Both the position numbers and the translations under genes were made by a program. The notes beneath the pieces are model-generated. The model searched no databases. It had not been told where the DNA came from and saw only the letters and a list, made by a program, of their open reading frames with translations. A stretch of DNA of 38,345 nucleotides, taken from IMG/VR virus record IMGVR_UViG_3300031087_000514; one strand, given 5' to 3'. Positions 17,753-26,315 of the stretch are shown piece by piece. The stretch is from a virus (Duplodnaviria; Heunggongvirae; Uroviricota; Caudoviricetes). How positions within the stretch are numbered: position 1 is the stretch's first letter; each line of letters opens with the position of its first letter.

Positions 17753-18561
17753 TAACCTTTTAGAACAAGAGGAGCTTTGGCTTCAAGGAATTGCGCTTGA
17801 GCTTTCAATTCCTTCAATGCATTCTGTGCTCCACGACTGTTAACTGCATTCAGCTGGTCTTCAATCAAAGTTAGATGATGTAGGAATACTTCTTCAACTT
17901 CTTCATGCATGCTGTTAGGAGCGTCCTGCAACTGACTGTACAAGCGAACCGCTTCGGGAAGGTAGGAAGTAACTGCTTGTTCTACGATGAACCGGTCCTC
18001 AGAAGTGAGAGAGTTCTTCTGTGCTTTTTCAGCTAAATCATACAAACTCTTCACTTGTCCCTGCAAGAATTTGTCCATGACCTGAGGAACATCCTGCTTG
18101 GCTTGAACACTAATAGCTTTTCGTGCAACAAGTTGCTGAGGGTATCTGTCAATTGTAAGAACCCGAAGCCGAATGATACGGCTTCGCACTTTGCGTGCGG
18201 CTTTTACGTTTTTAGCTGTGTCATTCGCTGGAATCTGAGTTAACTGTGTTCGCATCGAAGAGATATAGCCAGGAATAAGTAAATGAAGCATGACCCACAT
18301 GAGGATAGCTTGTTTATCAGAGAGAAGGAAACGATCCACTGAATTGTAGCGGATAAAGAAGTTCTTCAGGTGTGAAGAAATCTGTGCGCGAGCATAATCG
18401 CTATTTCCAAAAGCTGCCTGCTTGTCCACCTGATTTTGTAGATTATCTTGAATGTTGGAGAGTTCATCTCTTGAGACAGTTCTCGTCCATAGAATCATCT
18501 GATCTTTGGATACAGGGGAGTGCCGACGATGGTAATTTAGCTTTCCGCGTACAGTTCTCAT
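17752..18561 (-). CDS. Helical hypothetical protein, paralog of 22735..23646 (remote XpaC-like C-terminus)
   Basis: C-terminal EDRFIVEQAVTSYLPEAV..L..QL....FLEAK shared with the 22735 ORF. TG-G-TAGACT lies 6 nt upstream of the ATG. Confidence 0.68.
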   Translation of the reverse strand: MRTVRGKLNYHRRHSPVSKDQMILWTRTVSRDELSNIQDNLQNQVDKQAAFGNSDYARAQISSHLKNFFIRYNSVDRFLLSDKQAILMWVMLHLLIPGYISSMRTQLTQIPANDTAKNVKAARKVRSRIIRLRVLTIDRYPQQLVARKAISVQAKQDVPQVMDKFLQGQVKSLYDLAEKAQKNSLTSEDRFIVEQAVTSYLPEAVRLYSQLQDAPNSMHEEVEEVFLHHLTLIEDQLNAVNSRGAQNALKELKAQAQFLEAKAPLVLKG

Positions 18562-18731
18562 AAGGATAGTCTACCAAAGAACCCCAGAAAATCAAGGGTA
18601 AAACAGATTTTAAAACTTTTTTCAAAAATTTTTCTCAAAACACCCCCAAAAGGGGGACTATGACCGATTGTTAAATAGTAACAGTACATGAGACTCATGT
18701 AAACGGTACAACAAATGACGGAGGCAGAGAA

Positions 18732-19226
18732 ATGACTACTGCAGAAGCAACAGACAAGAAAATGAACTCCATTGAAAAATCAATTGACGTAAATGTTCCA
18801 GTTGGAACGGCTTACAATCAATGGACACAGTTCGAATCTTTTCCAAAATTCATGAATTCCGTAGACAAAATTGAACAGACTGATGACACTCATACTCATT
18901 GGAGAACTTCCATCGCAGGAAAGAAAAATGAGTTTGATGCTGAAATTGTGGAGCAGGTGCCAGACAAGAAGATTGCCTGGCGAAGCACAGATGGTGAAAC
19001 GCATGCTGGGGTAGTATCGTTTGAACCAATCAGTGATAAAGCTACACGAGTGACAGTGCAGATGGATTGGAAGCCTGAGGGGGTTGCTGAGAAAATCGGA
19101 GCGGCATTACAGCTTGATGATGTGTCAGTACAGCAAGATTTGAAAAACTTCAAAGAACTCATCGAGTCCAATGGATTCGAAGAAGGAGCGTGGCGAGGGG
19201 AAGTCACACACGGAATGAAAACCTAA
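18732..19226 (+). CDS. SRPBCC (polyketide cyclase/START-like) family protein
   Basis: IEKSIDVNVPV..AYNQWTQFESFPKFM, EQVPDKKIAWRS, GVVSF and DLKNFKELIE..GAWRGEV. GGAGG RBS. Confidence 0.92.
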   Translation: MTTAEATDKKMNSIEKSIDVNVPVGTAYNQWTQFESFPKFMNSVDKIEQTDDTHTHWRTSIAGKKNEFDAEIVEQVPDKKIAWRSTDGETHAGVVSFEPISDKATRVTVQMDWKPEGVAEKIGAALQLDDVSVQQDLKNFKELIESNGFEEGAWRGEVTHGMKT

Positions 19227-19244
19227 TCAGGCGAGTAATTCATT

Positions 19245-19285
19245 AGGAGGGAACCAGTATGGGGATGCTGGTTCCCTCCTTTTTA
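19245..19285 (+). terminator. Intrinsic terminator after SRPBCC
   Basis: AGGAGGGAACCAGTAT-GGGG-ATGCTGGTTCCCTCCT followed by a T-run. Confidence 0.75.
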
Positions 19286-19294
19286 TTTGCCTAC

Positions 19295-19323
19295 TTGCAC
19301 ATTACTAAACTAACTGGTACACT
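19295..19323 (+). promoter_or_regulatory. sigmaA-like promoter for yqeY
   Basis: TTGCAC, 17 bp, TG-G-TACACT. Confidence 0.65.
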
Positions 19324-19353
19324 GATATGCATAACGTTGAAAGGAGCCTACCG

Positions 19354-19842
19354 ATGGCTATCAAGGACAGACTGTACGCTGACCGTACTAAGTATCTCAA
19401 GGACCGTAACGAGCTGGGGCTTTCTACCCTTCGCGGACTCATCGCCGCTGTTGAAGGTGCGGAAAAGAACGGTATCGGGGAGCCTATTGTTCTCAGCGAT
19501 GCTCGGGTTCAGGAGGTCCTCAACACCGAGCTGAAAAAGCGCCGTAGTGCTGCTTCTGAGTATGCTAAGGCTGGTCGAACTGACCGAGCTGAGCGTGAGC
19601 TTGCTGAGGGTGAGCTTATCAAAGAGTACCTGCCGTATCAGCTTACTGAGGAGGCAGTTGCTGACCTCGTAAACACTGCCATCAAGGAGCTTGGTGAGAA
19701 CGCCAACATTGGGCAGGTTATGAAGCTTGTCAATCCTCACACCAAGGGACGCGCTGACGGTAAGCTTGTCAGCGGTCTGGTCAAGGCAAAGCTTGACGAG
19801 ATTGCTCAGGCTGAGGCTCAGGCAGCAGCCGAAGTGCAGTAA
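19354..19842 (+). CDS. yqeY: GatB/YqeY domain protein
   Basis: LSTLRGLIAAV..E, ELKKRRSAASEYAKAGRTD.AERE..E...I.EYLP.QLTEE, G.VMK and GRADGK motifs. AAGGAG RBS before ATG 19354. Confidence 0.92.
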   Translation: MAIKDRLYADRTKYLKDRNELGLSTLRGLIAAVEGAEKNGIGEPIVLSDARVQEVLNTELKKRRSAASEYAKAGRTDRAERELAEGELIKEYLPYQLTEEAVADLVNTAIKELGENANIGQVMKLVNPHTKGRADGKLVSGLVKAKLDEIAQAEAQAAAEVQ

Positions 19843-19850
19843 CACTCAAT

Positions 19851-19892
19851 AATAAGTAAGGCCCCAAGGAAAACCTTGGGGCCTTACTTATT
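19851..19892. terminator. Bidirectional terminator
   Basis: AATAAGTAAGGCCCCAAGG-AAAA-CCTTGGGGCCTTACTTATT between convergent genes. Confidence 0.8.
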
Positions 19893-20278
19893 TACAACTG
19901 CTGAACAGCTGCCTGGAAGTCACGGACAAGCCGATTATCCATCCAGGTACCCCGCCAGTCACGGTTAGCAACCCAGGTCTGCAATTCAGGTAAAGAGTCG
20001 AACCAGATGATGCTGCCGAACAGTTCATCACGCAGTTCTGTCAGTTCCTGAAGGACATTCCCGCTATCCAGGCAAGACTGCAAAGCGTCACAACCAGAGC
20101 AGGAACCCCAGCCGAAGCAAAGGAATCCATACTTTGCATCATCCCGAAGGACATACAAAGAATCACCCTGGTAGTCGTCTGCATCCACTGCAACCTTGAT
20201 TTCCATCTCGAAAGAGTCAATCAAAGCGTCATAGCTGGATGAGAACCAACCGCGGTCGTTCATTTTCAAGTCGTACAT
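19892..20278 (-). CDS. Phage-type hypothetical protein
   Basis: DDYQGD, FGWGSCSGCD motifs. AAGGAG RBS supports ATG 20278 over the TTG at 20308. Confidence 0.72.
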   Translation of the reverse strand: MYDLKMNDRGWFSSSYDALIDSFEMEIKVAVDADDYQGDSLYVLRDDAKYGFLCFGWGSCSGCDALQSCLDSGNVLQELTELRDELFGSIIWFDSLPELQTWVANRDWRGTWMDNRLVRDFQAAVQQL

Positions 20279-20371
20279 AATTGTTTTCTCCTTTTCATTA
20301 AACAGCATCTAAATTGCTGCGTTCAGCTTTTCTTCAAATCCAATGAAAAGGAATATTCAATTACTACGTAC

Positions 20372-20417
20372 ACTGTAACACATAGAGTTTGATTTTGTCA
20401 AGATAATCTGCTACGAT
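20372..20417. promoter_or_regulatory. Overlapping divergent sigmaA-like promoters
   Basis: Minus strand: TTGACA (20401-20396), 18 bp, TG-T-TACAGT. Plus strand: TTGATT (20389-20394), 17 bp, TG-C-TACGAT (20412-20417), 7 nt before ATG 20425. Confidence 0.65.
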
Positions 20418-20424
20418 AATTACC

Positions 20425-20778
20425 ATGACCGAACTTCAAACAGAGCGCGTTATCTTCGGAGATGCTCAAGTGATTGCTTTCTCCGCGAACTTTGACGCTA
20501 TTTCCTACACCATTCATGTCTCAGAAGTGATGATTGAGAGCGTGGACGCTGTGGAGCCTATGGAAGATTTGGTCGTTTCGTATGAAATCCCTATGAAGAC
20601 TGACTCTGAGGCTCTGACCTGGTTGAAATCTCCTGTTCTTCGTATGATGCAGCAGTCATGGCAACAGCAGGAGAAAGATTGCATGTTCTTCAAGCAGGAG
20701 AACACGTATGAAGTTCTGATGTCCTTCTGCGGATACCCAATGCTTGTTCCGCTTCCTATGAGTGAAGTTTTTCGTTAG
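20425..20778 (+). CDS. Hypothetical protein
   Basis: 117-aa ORF with a leaderless-type promoter. Confidence 0.68.
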   Translation: MTELQTERVIFGDAQVIAFSANFDAISYTIHVSEVMIESVDAVEPMEDLVVSYEIPMKTDSEALTWLKSPVLRMMQQSWQQQEKDCMFFKQENTYEVLMSFCGYPMLVPLPMSEVFR

Positions 20779-20819
20779 TAAAATGAGTTATTTGTTGTAT
20801 CTTTGCTAATGTAGCTCTT

Positions 20820-21797
20820 ATGACAGCAGTTTGCATGAACAAGGGCGAGCATAGTGAGACCTATGCGGCTTTGACTCTTTTGACTAATCCCAGTATTTTG
20901 AGCAAAAAATATGACCCTTCGCAGTCAGTTGAATGGATTGTAGGGTCTAAGACAGTTTCTATATTGAATAATGACTTAATTGTGTATGACACAATTTCTT
21001 CTCAAACTAACACACTTCATTTGCCAGATGTGCAACTCTTGCTTGCTAATTTTTTGAGTGATATCAAAAAAGGCAAAGGAGTCTTTGCTTGTTCTTCTAT
21101 GCTAGCAGTGTATGCATTTTTATTAGAAAATCAGGTGCCTCTTAAAGCTGCAAGCACTACCAAAGTTGATCTTACTATTCAGGTAGCAGAAACGGTATAT
21201 AGACTTTCAGTAAAGTCTTTTCTCGGCTCTAACCCAACAGTTCTTAACGCTAATAAAAAAGCAACTCAGATTGCTTTTCGCGTAAAAGGTCCTGGGATTA
21301 TTGTTTCTTCTGCCAAAAAATCTTCAATTTCTAAGCTTCGGTCACAAGCAAAAGCTGGAACTTTGGAATTAGAGTATACTGATTTTGAAGATACAAACTT
21401 CAAACAATACATAGCAAAATCAGGCATTAAACCAGACCGATTTGCTCAGATGGTTATGGATTACAAATTCCGAGGCAAAGGAAGTTCTTTTGACTCTCAT
21501 ATTACTATGCAAGAGAAGAAATCGTTCGCAAAACTTGCAACAATGCTACTTGTCGACCCCCTTCGTAAAGTCCAGAAAAACGTAGTATCTGCTGACGTTC
21601 CTACTCATATTTTGGCTATTGAGAAATCTGGTTTAGCGCGAATTATGGAAGCTGACGAGTTGCTTAGTCGTTTGGTTTTAGATTCAGCTTCTCAGAGTCG
21701 CCATGATTATGGCTACATCTACACACGCAAATCCGATAGTTATGTTAACATTGCTGTTAGCATTCGAGTAAAACCATCTAAGCCAGAAAGTCGTTGA
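20820..21797 (+). CDS. HpaII-family type II restriction endonuclease-like protein
   Basis: NKGEHSETYA (cf. NKGEWSE.Y), KA.ST.KVDL, SVKSFLGSNPTVLNA and LDSASQSRHDYG.IY resemble HpaII-family motifs as I recall them. Adjacent to a 5mC MTase. Confidence 0.75.
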   Translation: MTAVCMNKGEHSETYAALTLLTNPSILSKKYDPSQSVEWIVGSKTVSILNNDLIVYDTISSQTNTLHLPDVQLLLANFLSDIKKGKGVFACSSMLAVYAFLLENQVPLKAASTTKVDLTIQVAETVYRLSVKSFLGSNPTVLNANKKATQIAFRVKGPGIIVSSAKKSSISKLRSQAKAGTLELEYTDFEDTNFKQYIAKSGIKPDRFAQMVMDYKFRGKGSSFDSHITMQEKKSFAKLATMLLVDPLRKVQKNVVSADVPTHILAIEKSGLARIMEADELLSRLVLDSASQSRHDYGYIYTRKSDSYVNIAVSIRVKPSKPESR

Positions 21798-21804
21798 TTC
21801 ATCT

Positions 21805-22716
21805 ATGCCAAACAAGTTAAAAGTTATTGACTTATTTGCAGGTATTGGTGGTTTTCACCAAGCATTTCATAACCTAGGAGCAAGAGTAGTTTTCGCTTCT
21901 GAATGGGAAGACAATGCGCGCAAAACATATCAAGAAAATTTTGCACACGTTTCCCCTGAAATATTCACTGAGAATAATTTTGCGGGAGATATTACACAAG
22001 TAGTTCCGTCGAGCATTCCAGATTTTGATATCGTTACAGGCGGTTTTCCTTGCCAGCCTTTTTCTCATGCAGGAAAACGTCAAGGGTTTCTTGATGAAAA
22101 GGGTAGAGGTAATTTATTCTTTGACATAGCTAATATTATTAAAGAAAAACAACCGAAAGCCTTCTTTTTAGAAAATGTGCGCGGTCTTCTAAATCACGAT
22201 GGTGGCAATACATTTGCTGTCATTCAAAATATTATTAAGGACCTTGATTATAGTTTCCATTGGAAAGTCGTAAAAGCCTCTGATTTTAATGTGCCTCAAC
22301 ATAGACCACGTGTTTTTATGGTAGGATTTAGAAAAGATATTGATGATTCGAATTTTACTTTTCCTGAGTCTCTTCCACTGACTAATACTATCAGCGAAGT
22401 TCTTGGCGGAAAAGTAACAAATGCGAATGGGGTTGAAAGAACAGTTGGTTTTACTCTCCGTGTAGGTGGACGACGCTCTGGCATTCATGACCGTCGTAAT
22501 TGGGACGGTTATACAGTTGATGGAACGCCAAGGTTCCTCACTGTTGATGAAGGAAGAAAAATGCAAGGTTTCCCAGAGGGATTTACTTTTCCTGTTTCGG
22601 AAGTGCAAGCTTTCAAACAGCTGGGAAACAGTGTTGCAGTTCCCGCAGTCCAAGCAACAGCGAAGAAAATTATTGAAGTTCTTTCACTAAACATACAGCT
22701 TGACGAAACAGCATAA
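21805..22716 (+). CDS. dcm: DNA (cytosine-5)-methyltransferase
   Basis: DLFAGIGG, GDI, GGFPCQPFS, ENV, PQHRPRVF and KQLGNSV motifs. Confidence 0.96.
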   Translation: MPNKLKVIDLFAGIGGFHQAFHNLGARVVFASEWEDNARKTYQENFAHVSPEIFTENNFAGDITQVVPSSIPDFDIVTGGFPCQPFSHAGKRQGFLDEKGRGNLFFDIANIIKEKQPKAFFLENVRGLLNHDGGNTFAVIQNIIKDLDYSFHWKVVKASDFNVPQHRPRVFMVGFRKDIDDSNFTFPESLPLTNTISEVLGGKVTNANGVERTVGFTLRVGGRRSGIHDRRNWDGYTVDGTPRFLTVDEGRKMQGFPEGFTFPVSEVQAFKQLGNSVAVPAVQATAKKIIEVLSLNIQLDETA

Positions 22717-22728
22717 ATCCATTATACT
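22700..22728 (+). promoter_or_regulatory. sigmaA promoter inside the 3' end of the MTase gene, leaderless for 22735
   Basis: TTGACG, 17 bp, TATACT, then 6 nt to the ATG. Confidence 0.7.
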
Positions 22729-22734
22729 GTCTTC

Positions 22735-23646
22735 ATGTGGAGAAAGAAGAATAAGGCGATTCAGCAGCTTGTGACACAGGGTGATACCTCTGCGCACGTA
22801 TCTGCGCGAGATGCCCGTGAACTGAGCATCCGGCAGCATTTTACTGAAGGCACTGTGTACACTGCTATTGACAATCTTCGTAACACATATCTCCGCCTTC
22901 CTGTGAGTAAGCAAGTCAGGTTGAACACTGCCAAGTCTGTTGCAGTGAACGCATATAGGGATTATACCCTTCCATATCCTCACCGTAAGAAGACAGCTGG
23001 CATGTTTCGCTTTCTTTCTACGAAGCTCGCTACTGTTGATTATGACCGTGCGCTGATAAGCCAGCTTGACACCATCATCATGGTTCTCAATGAGCGCATC
23101 CCGAAGCATCTTTCAGAGATGGAAACAGAATTTCTGTTAGAAGGTTTTGGTGACGAAGACTACTACGATGAAGACCTTCAATCTTTCTTAGAACAGGCTA
23201 TCACTGCTGCAACAAAACTTCCTTCAAAGCTCTCCATTCTGCATACGGATAATATTCAGGGAAAGCCTGTGGAAGCTTCTGAGACGCACGTAGTCTTTCC
23301 TGACATTTCCTCTTATCTAGACCAGGAAAACCTCTCAGAGGAGCTTACAGCCTTGAAACAGGACTGGGAGAATGCTCACGAGTTGCCGCTGGGAGTAGAG
23401 GACAGCTTTACCATTGAACAGGTGGCAATTTCATATCTTCCTGATGCATTGGGTCTGTTTGAACGCTTCCGCCGTAGAGCAGGCGATACGAGCGTTCACA
23501 AAGCGCAGGAGCTTCTGTTGGAGCAGGTAAAACTCATTCGTAAGCAGGTTTCTTTCGTCTTAGAACAGCATTCAGATGACAGCATGAACATGATGGAAGC
23601 ACATATGAGCTTCTTGAAAGCAAAGAACGAACAGCTGGGACTGTAA
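22735..23646 (+). CDS. Helical hypothetical protein, paralog of 17752..18561 (remote XpaC-like C-terminus)
   Basis: EDSFTIEQVAISYLPDAL..LLEQVKLI....FLKAK. Confidence 0.7.
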   Translation: MWRKKNKAIQQLVTQGDTSAHVSARDARELSIRQHFTEGTVYTAIDNLRNTYLRLPVSKQVRLNTAKSVAVNAYRDYTLPYPHRKKTAGMFRFLSTKLATVDYDRALISQLDTIIMVLNERIPKHLSEMETEFLLEGFGDEDYYDEDLQSFLEQAITAATKLPSKLSILHTDNIQGKPVEASETHVVFPDISSYLDQENLSEELTALKQDWENAHELPLGVEDSFTIEQVAISYLPDALGLFERFRRRAGDTSVHKAQELLLEQVKLIRKQVSFVLEQHSDDSMNMMEAHMSFLKAKNEQLGL

Positions 23647-23648
23647 CC

Positions 23649-23697
23649 ATCAACCCTGGAAGGTTGATAAGCTATGAATCAACCTTCCAGGGTTGAT
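23649..23697. terminator. Bidirectional terminator or nested inverted repeat
   Basis: ATCAACCCTGGAAGGTTGAT, 9 nt, ATCAACCTTCCAGGGTTGAT between convergent genes. Confidence 0.72.
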
Positions 23698-23700
23698 TCA

Positions 23701-24390
23701 TTAATGAATGGGCAAAGAACCTGAATTACGTACTGAACGGATACCGAACAAATCAAGTTTCTGCTTCTGCGTTATAGGTAAAGCAGGGGAGCTTTTATCT
23801 TCACGATAATCCCACACAATCAGAGGTCTGCCAGTCCCAGTAATTACACCCTGGCTATGCTCATGAACATAATACTGAGCAACATCTAAATTCTGTGCAT
23901 AACAGTACAAAACAATTCCATGCTTCTGAGCTTGTCGATGCAATTCAGAACGTAAAGCAATACCATATTTGCGTCCAATAGGAAGAGCATAATGGTTGAA
24001 GAACGCCCAACGGCCGTCCTCAACACGAACACTCAACCCTGTCTCATGATGCTGAGAATGAAAAACATGTATGCTTTTGCGGGAGGAGTCAATGAACATT
24101 TGCAGAACTGATAAGAAGAACAAACTGCCAACAGCTATACATTCAGCAACAATCCATACAGGCTGAGCGTACAGGAAAATCATCAGCTGAAATAAACCAA
24201 GCAGAATAAGATTCAACCCGTATTCATTGATGAACAACTTTATCCCTTTTCTCTTCTGATGAGGCTTGGGAACAACAGACAATGGACCGAAGATAGTCGC
24301 TATATGAAGCATGACACCTTGTTTGATTAACTGGAAGCGCTTTGACTGCTGCATGTCAGCGGTACTGTCTGGAATAACGTTCATACACAA
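23701..24390 (-). CDS. Membrane protein with a possible degenerate GNAT C-terminal domain
   Basis: Two TM stretches. GRKYGIAL..ELHRQA..HG..LY..A.N...AQYY resembles GNAT motifs A/B. Start uncertain. Confidence 0.55.
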   Translation of the reverse strand: MCMNVIPDSTADMQQSKRFQLIKQGVMLHIATIFGPLSVVPKPHQKRKGIKLFINEYGLNLILLGLFQLMIFLYAQPVWIVAECIAVGSLFFLSVLQMFIDSSRKSIHVFHSQHHETGLSVRVEDGRWAFFNHYALPIGRKYGIALRSELHRQAQKHGIVLYCYAQNLDVAQYYVHEHSQGVITGTGRPLIVWDYREDKSSPALPITQKQKLDLFGIRSVRNSGSLPIH

Positions 24391-24417
24391 ACATATTGGA
24401 TGATCCTCTCACCTTTG

Positions 24418-24446
24418 TTGTACCACCCCCGAAAGTGTGGTAGTAT
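24418..24446 (+). promoter_or_regulatory. sigmaA-like promoter for the TerD-like gene (overlaps a divergent TG-G-TACAAC box)
   Basis: TTGTAC, 17 bp, TG-G-TAGTAT. Confidence 0.55.
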
Positions 24447-24480
24447 AATCTCAACAAAACTACGAAAGGAAGGCCCACAG

Positions 24481-25179
24481 ATGGCTTTGTTTGGTTTCGG
24501 TAAAAATAAGGATAACAGCCAGCCTGTTTCATCCACCCCAGATTCTTCGTCCTCGCAGGCAGCTCCTGCTTCCAGTGGCGGCATCAACTTAGGTAAGCAG
24601 TCAGGTAAGATTGACCTGACTAAGGGTGCACGAGTCACCATTGAGAAGACACCAGTCATCCGTGCGACTGCACAGTGGTCTTCCAACACAGATTACGACC
24701 TGTACGCTCTTGTTCTCCTGCGCGATGGCCGCGAGCTTGTTGTTTCAACCTTCGGTTCTGAAAGCCAGCCTACCCCTACCCCAAGCATTTTGAACGGTGC
24801 AGTCCGTCACCTCGGTGATGTTGGTCGTGTTCCGGGTGGAAATGCTCAGGAGGTTATTGAGATTAAGATGACTGATGAGATTGAGGCGGTTGTTCCGATT
24901 GCCTACTCCGCTCAGTCTAACGGTACTGGCTCCTTCAAGCAGTACAAGGTCTCTTTGGGTATTGACAACGGAGCAGGAACTCAGGTAAACATCTCAGCAG
25001 ATGATGCAAGCCGTAACCCGTTGGTTTACTCTCTCGGAATCGGTATCATTCGCAACACCGCTGACGGTGTTGTCATTGAGCACTTGGAGAAGTACTCCAA
25101 GCTTTCTTCTGAGAAGCGTCCTGCCTTCCGTAACGGGGAACTCGTTATGGACGCAGGTGCAAAGAACCTTTACAAGTAA
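24481..25179 (+). CDS. TerD-family (tellurium-resistance/stress) domain protein
   Basis: INL.K...I.LTKG, W...TDYDLYAL, HLGDV, E.IEI and AYSAQSNGTGSF. GAAAGGAAGG RBS before ATG 24481. Confidence 0.78.
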   Translation: MALFGFGKNKDNSQPVSSTPDSSSSQAAPASSGGINLGKQSGKIDLTKGARVTIEKTPVIRATAQWSSNTDYDLYALVLLRDGRELVVSTFGSESQPTPTPSILNGAVRHLGDVGRVPGGNAQEVIEIKMTDEIEAVVPIAYSAQSNGTGSFKQYKVSLGIDNGAGTQVNISADDASRNPLVYSLGIGIIRNTADGVVIEHLEKYSKLSSEKRPAFRNGELVMDAGAKNLYK

Positions 25180-25191
25180 TATTGTAAACAC

Positions 25192-25231
25192 AATGAGGAA
25201 GGCCCCGAAAAATTTCGGGGCCTTCCTCATT
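25192..25231. terminator. Bidirectional terminator
   Basis: AATGAGGAAGGCCCCGAAA-AA-TTTCGGGGCCTTCCTCATT between convergent genes. Confidence 0.8.
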
Positions 25232-25243
25232 TCATGAAGTTAT

Positions 25244-25879
25244 TTAGTTCTTACGAGCCAACTCTAACGCAACAACGTTAGAAGGAGTGCCGAATGTAAT
25301 ATAACCAATGCGTGACAGTGAACGCAGAAGCTGTAAGTCATCTGATGGGCGTAGCCAGATGATGTTCTTTACCTCAGCATAGTCACCTTCGCTGGAAAGG
25401 GGAGGGAGAATATCTGTGTAAGGAGTATAAGAAGTGTCTACCAAAACAAGCTGAATATCGCTGTTCCAGAAGTCAGGCTGCTCATCATCCTGTTCTGAGC
25501 CAATTGGACGTGAACCATCGCCCCAACCATATGGATCAAAGCCTGTTTCATCGCTACCATAGTTGAGAACTTCCCATTCCCATTCTTTGAGAGCCTCCAT
25601 CTGCTCCTGAGTCAAGTTACCCAGAATGGTTGCACGGGCAAGTTGCTGCACCAAACGAGCAAGGCTCAAACGAGCATCTTTACGGGCATCAGCATCAAGT
25701 AACAAGTAATCACGGATGATGAAATCTAAACATTCTTCTGGAGTGTCAGCATCAACAATGCGCTGGTCATTGTCGAAGAACATCCTCCACGAATAGTTTT
25801 CTCCATCTTCTTTCAACGCAGGAGCGGGCGCACGATTATCACGTGTAAGAGGGTTGTTGGTGGACACAATAGCAACCAT
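25244..25879 (-). CDS. Hypothetical acidic protein
   Basis: 211-aa ORF with an AGGAAA RBS and a TCCGATAG motif upstream. Confidence 0.75.
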   Translation of the reverse strand: MVAIVSTNNPLTRDNRAPAPALKEDGENYSWRMFFDNDQRIVDADTPEECLDFIIRDYLLLDADARKDARLSLARLVQQLARATILGNLTQEQMEALKEWEWEVLNYGSDETGFDPYGWGDGSRPIGSEQDDEQPDFWNSDIQLVLVDTSYTPYTDILPPLSSEGDYAEVKNIIWLRPSDDLQLLRSLSRIGYITFGTPSNVVALELARKN

Positions 25880-26060
25880 GAATTTTTCCTATCTAAAAGC
25901 AACTATGAAAACTATCGGAACAACCCAACAGTCAGCATTCTGTAATGAATATGTATTATTCTACCAAATAAGAGAAGAATCCCCTGTTTAGCGGGTTGAT
26001 TTTGAAAAGAAAGTCTGCTAAGATCGGACTCAGGTTTATATAACCAGTTAGGAATGAGGT

Positions 26061-26303
26061 ATGGACATGGACACTTCAAACATTGAGGACCTGCTGCGGG
26101 GCGTACAAGCACGGATCAAAGAGCGTTCCAAGGAGCAGCCTACATCCTCTTCCTCCTCAACCTCTTCTGACTCTGCGAACACTCAGAAACCCAAAGAAAA
26201 GCCGTACAAAAACCCTAACCCATTCAAAGAATCAAACGAGGAGAGTCCAAGAACTCTTTTGCTCACACAGAATGCTGAGGGCACCTGGCAATACGCCGCA
26301 TAA
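26061..26303 (+). CDS. Small Ser/Lys-rich hypothetical protein
   Basis: GAGGT RBS and its own terminator-like palindrome downstream. Confidence 0.6.
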   Translation: MDMDTSNIEDLLRGVQARIKERSKEQPTSSSSSTSSDSANTQKPKEKPYKNPNPFKESNEESPRTLLLTQNAEGTWQYAA

Positions 26304-26315
26304 TCTCTTCTCTCT

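Noticed and set aside
19348-19845. 165-aa minus-strand ORF
   Set aside because: Fully antisense to the clearly recognisable yqeY and has no motifs.
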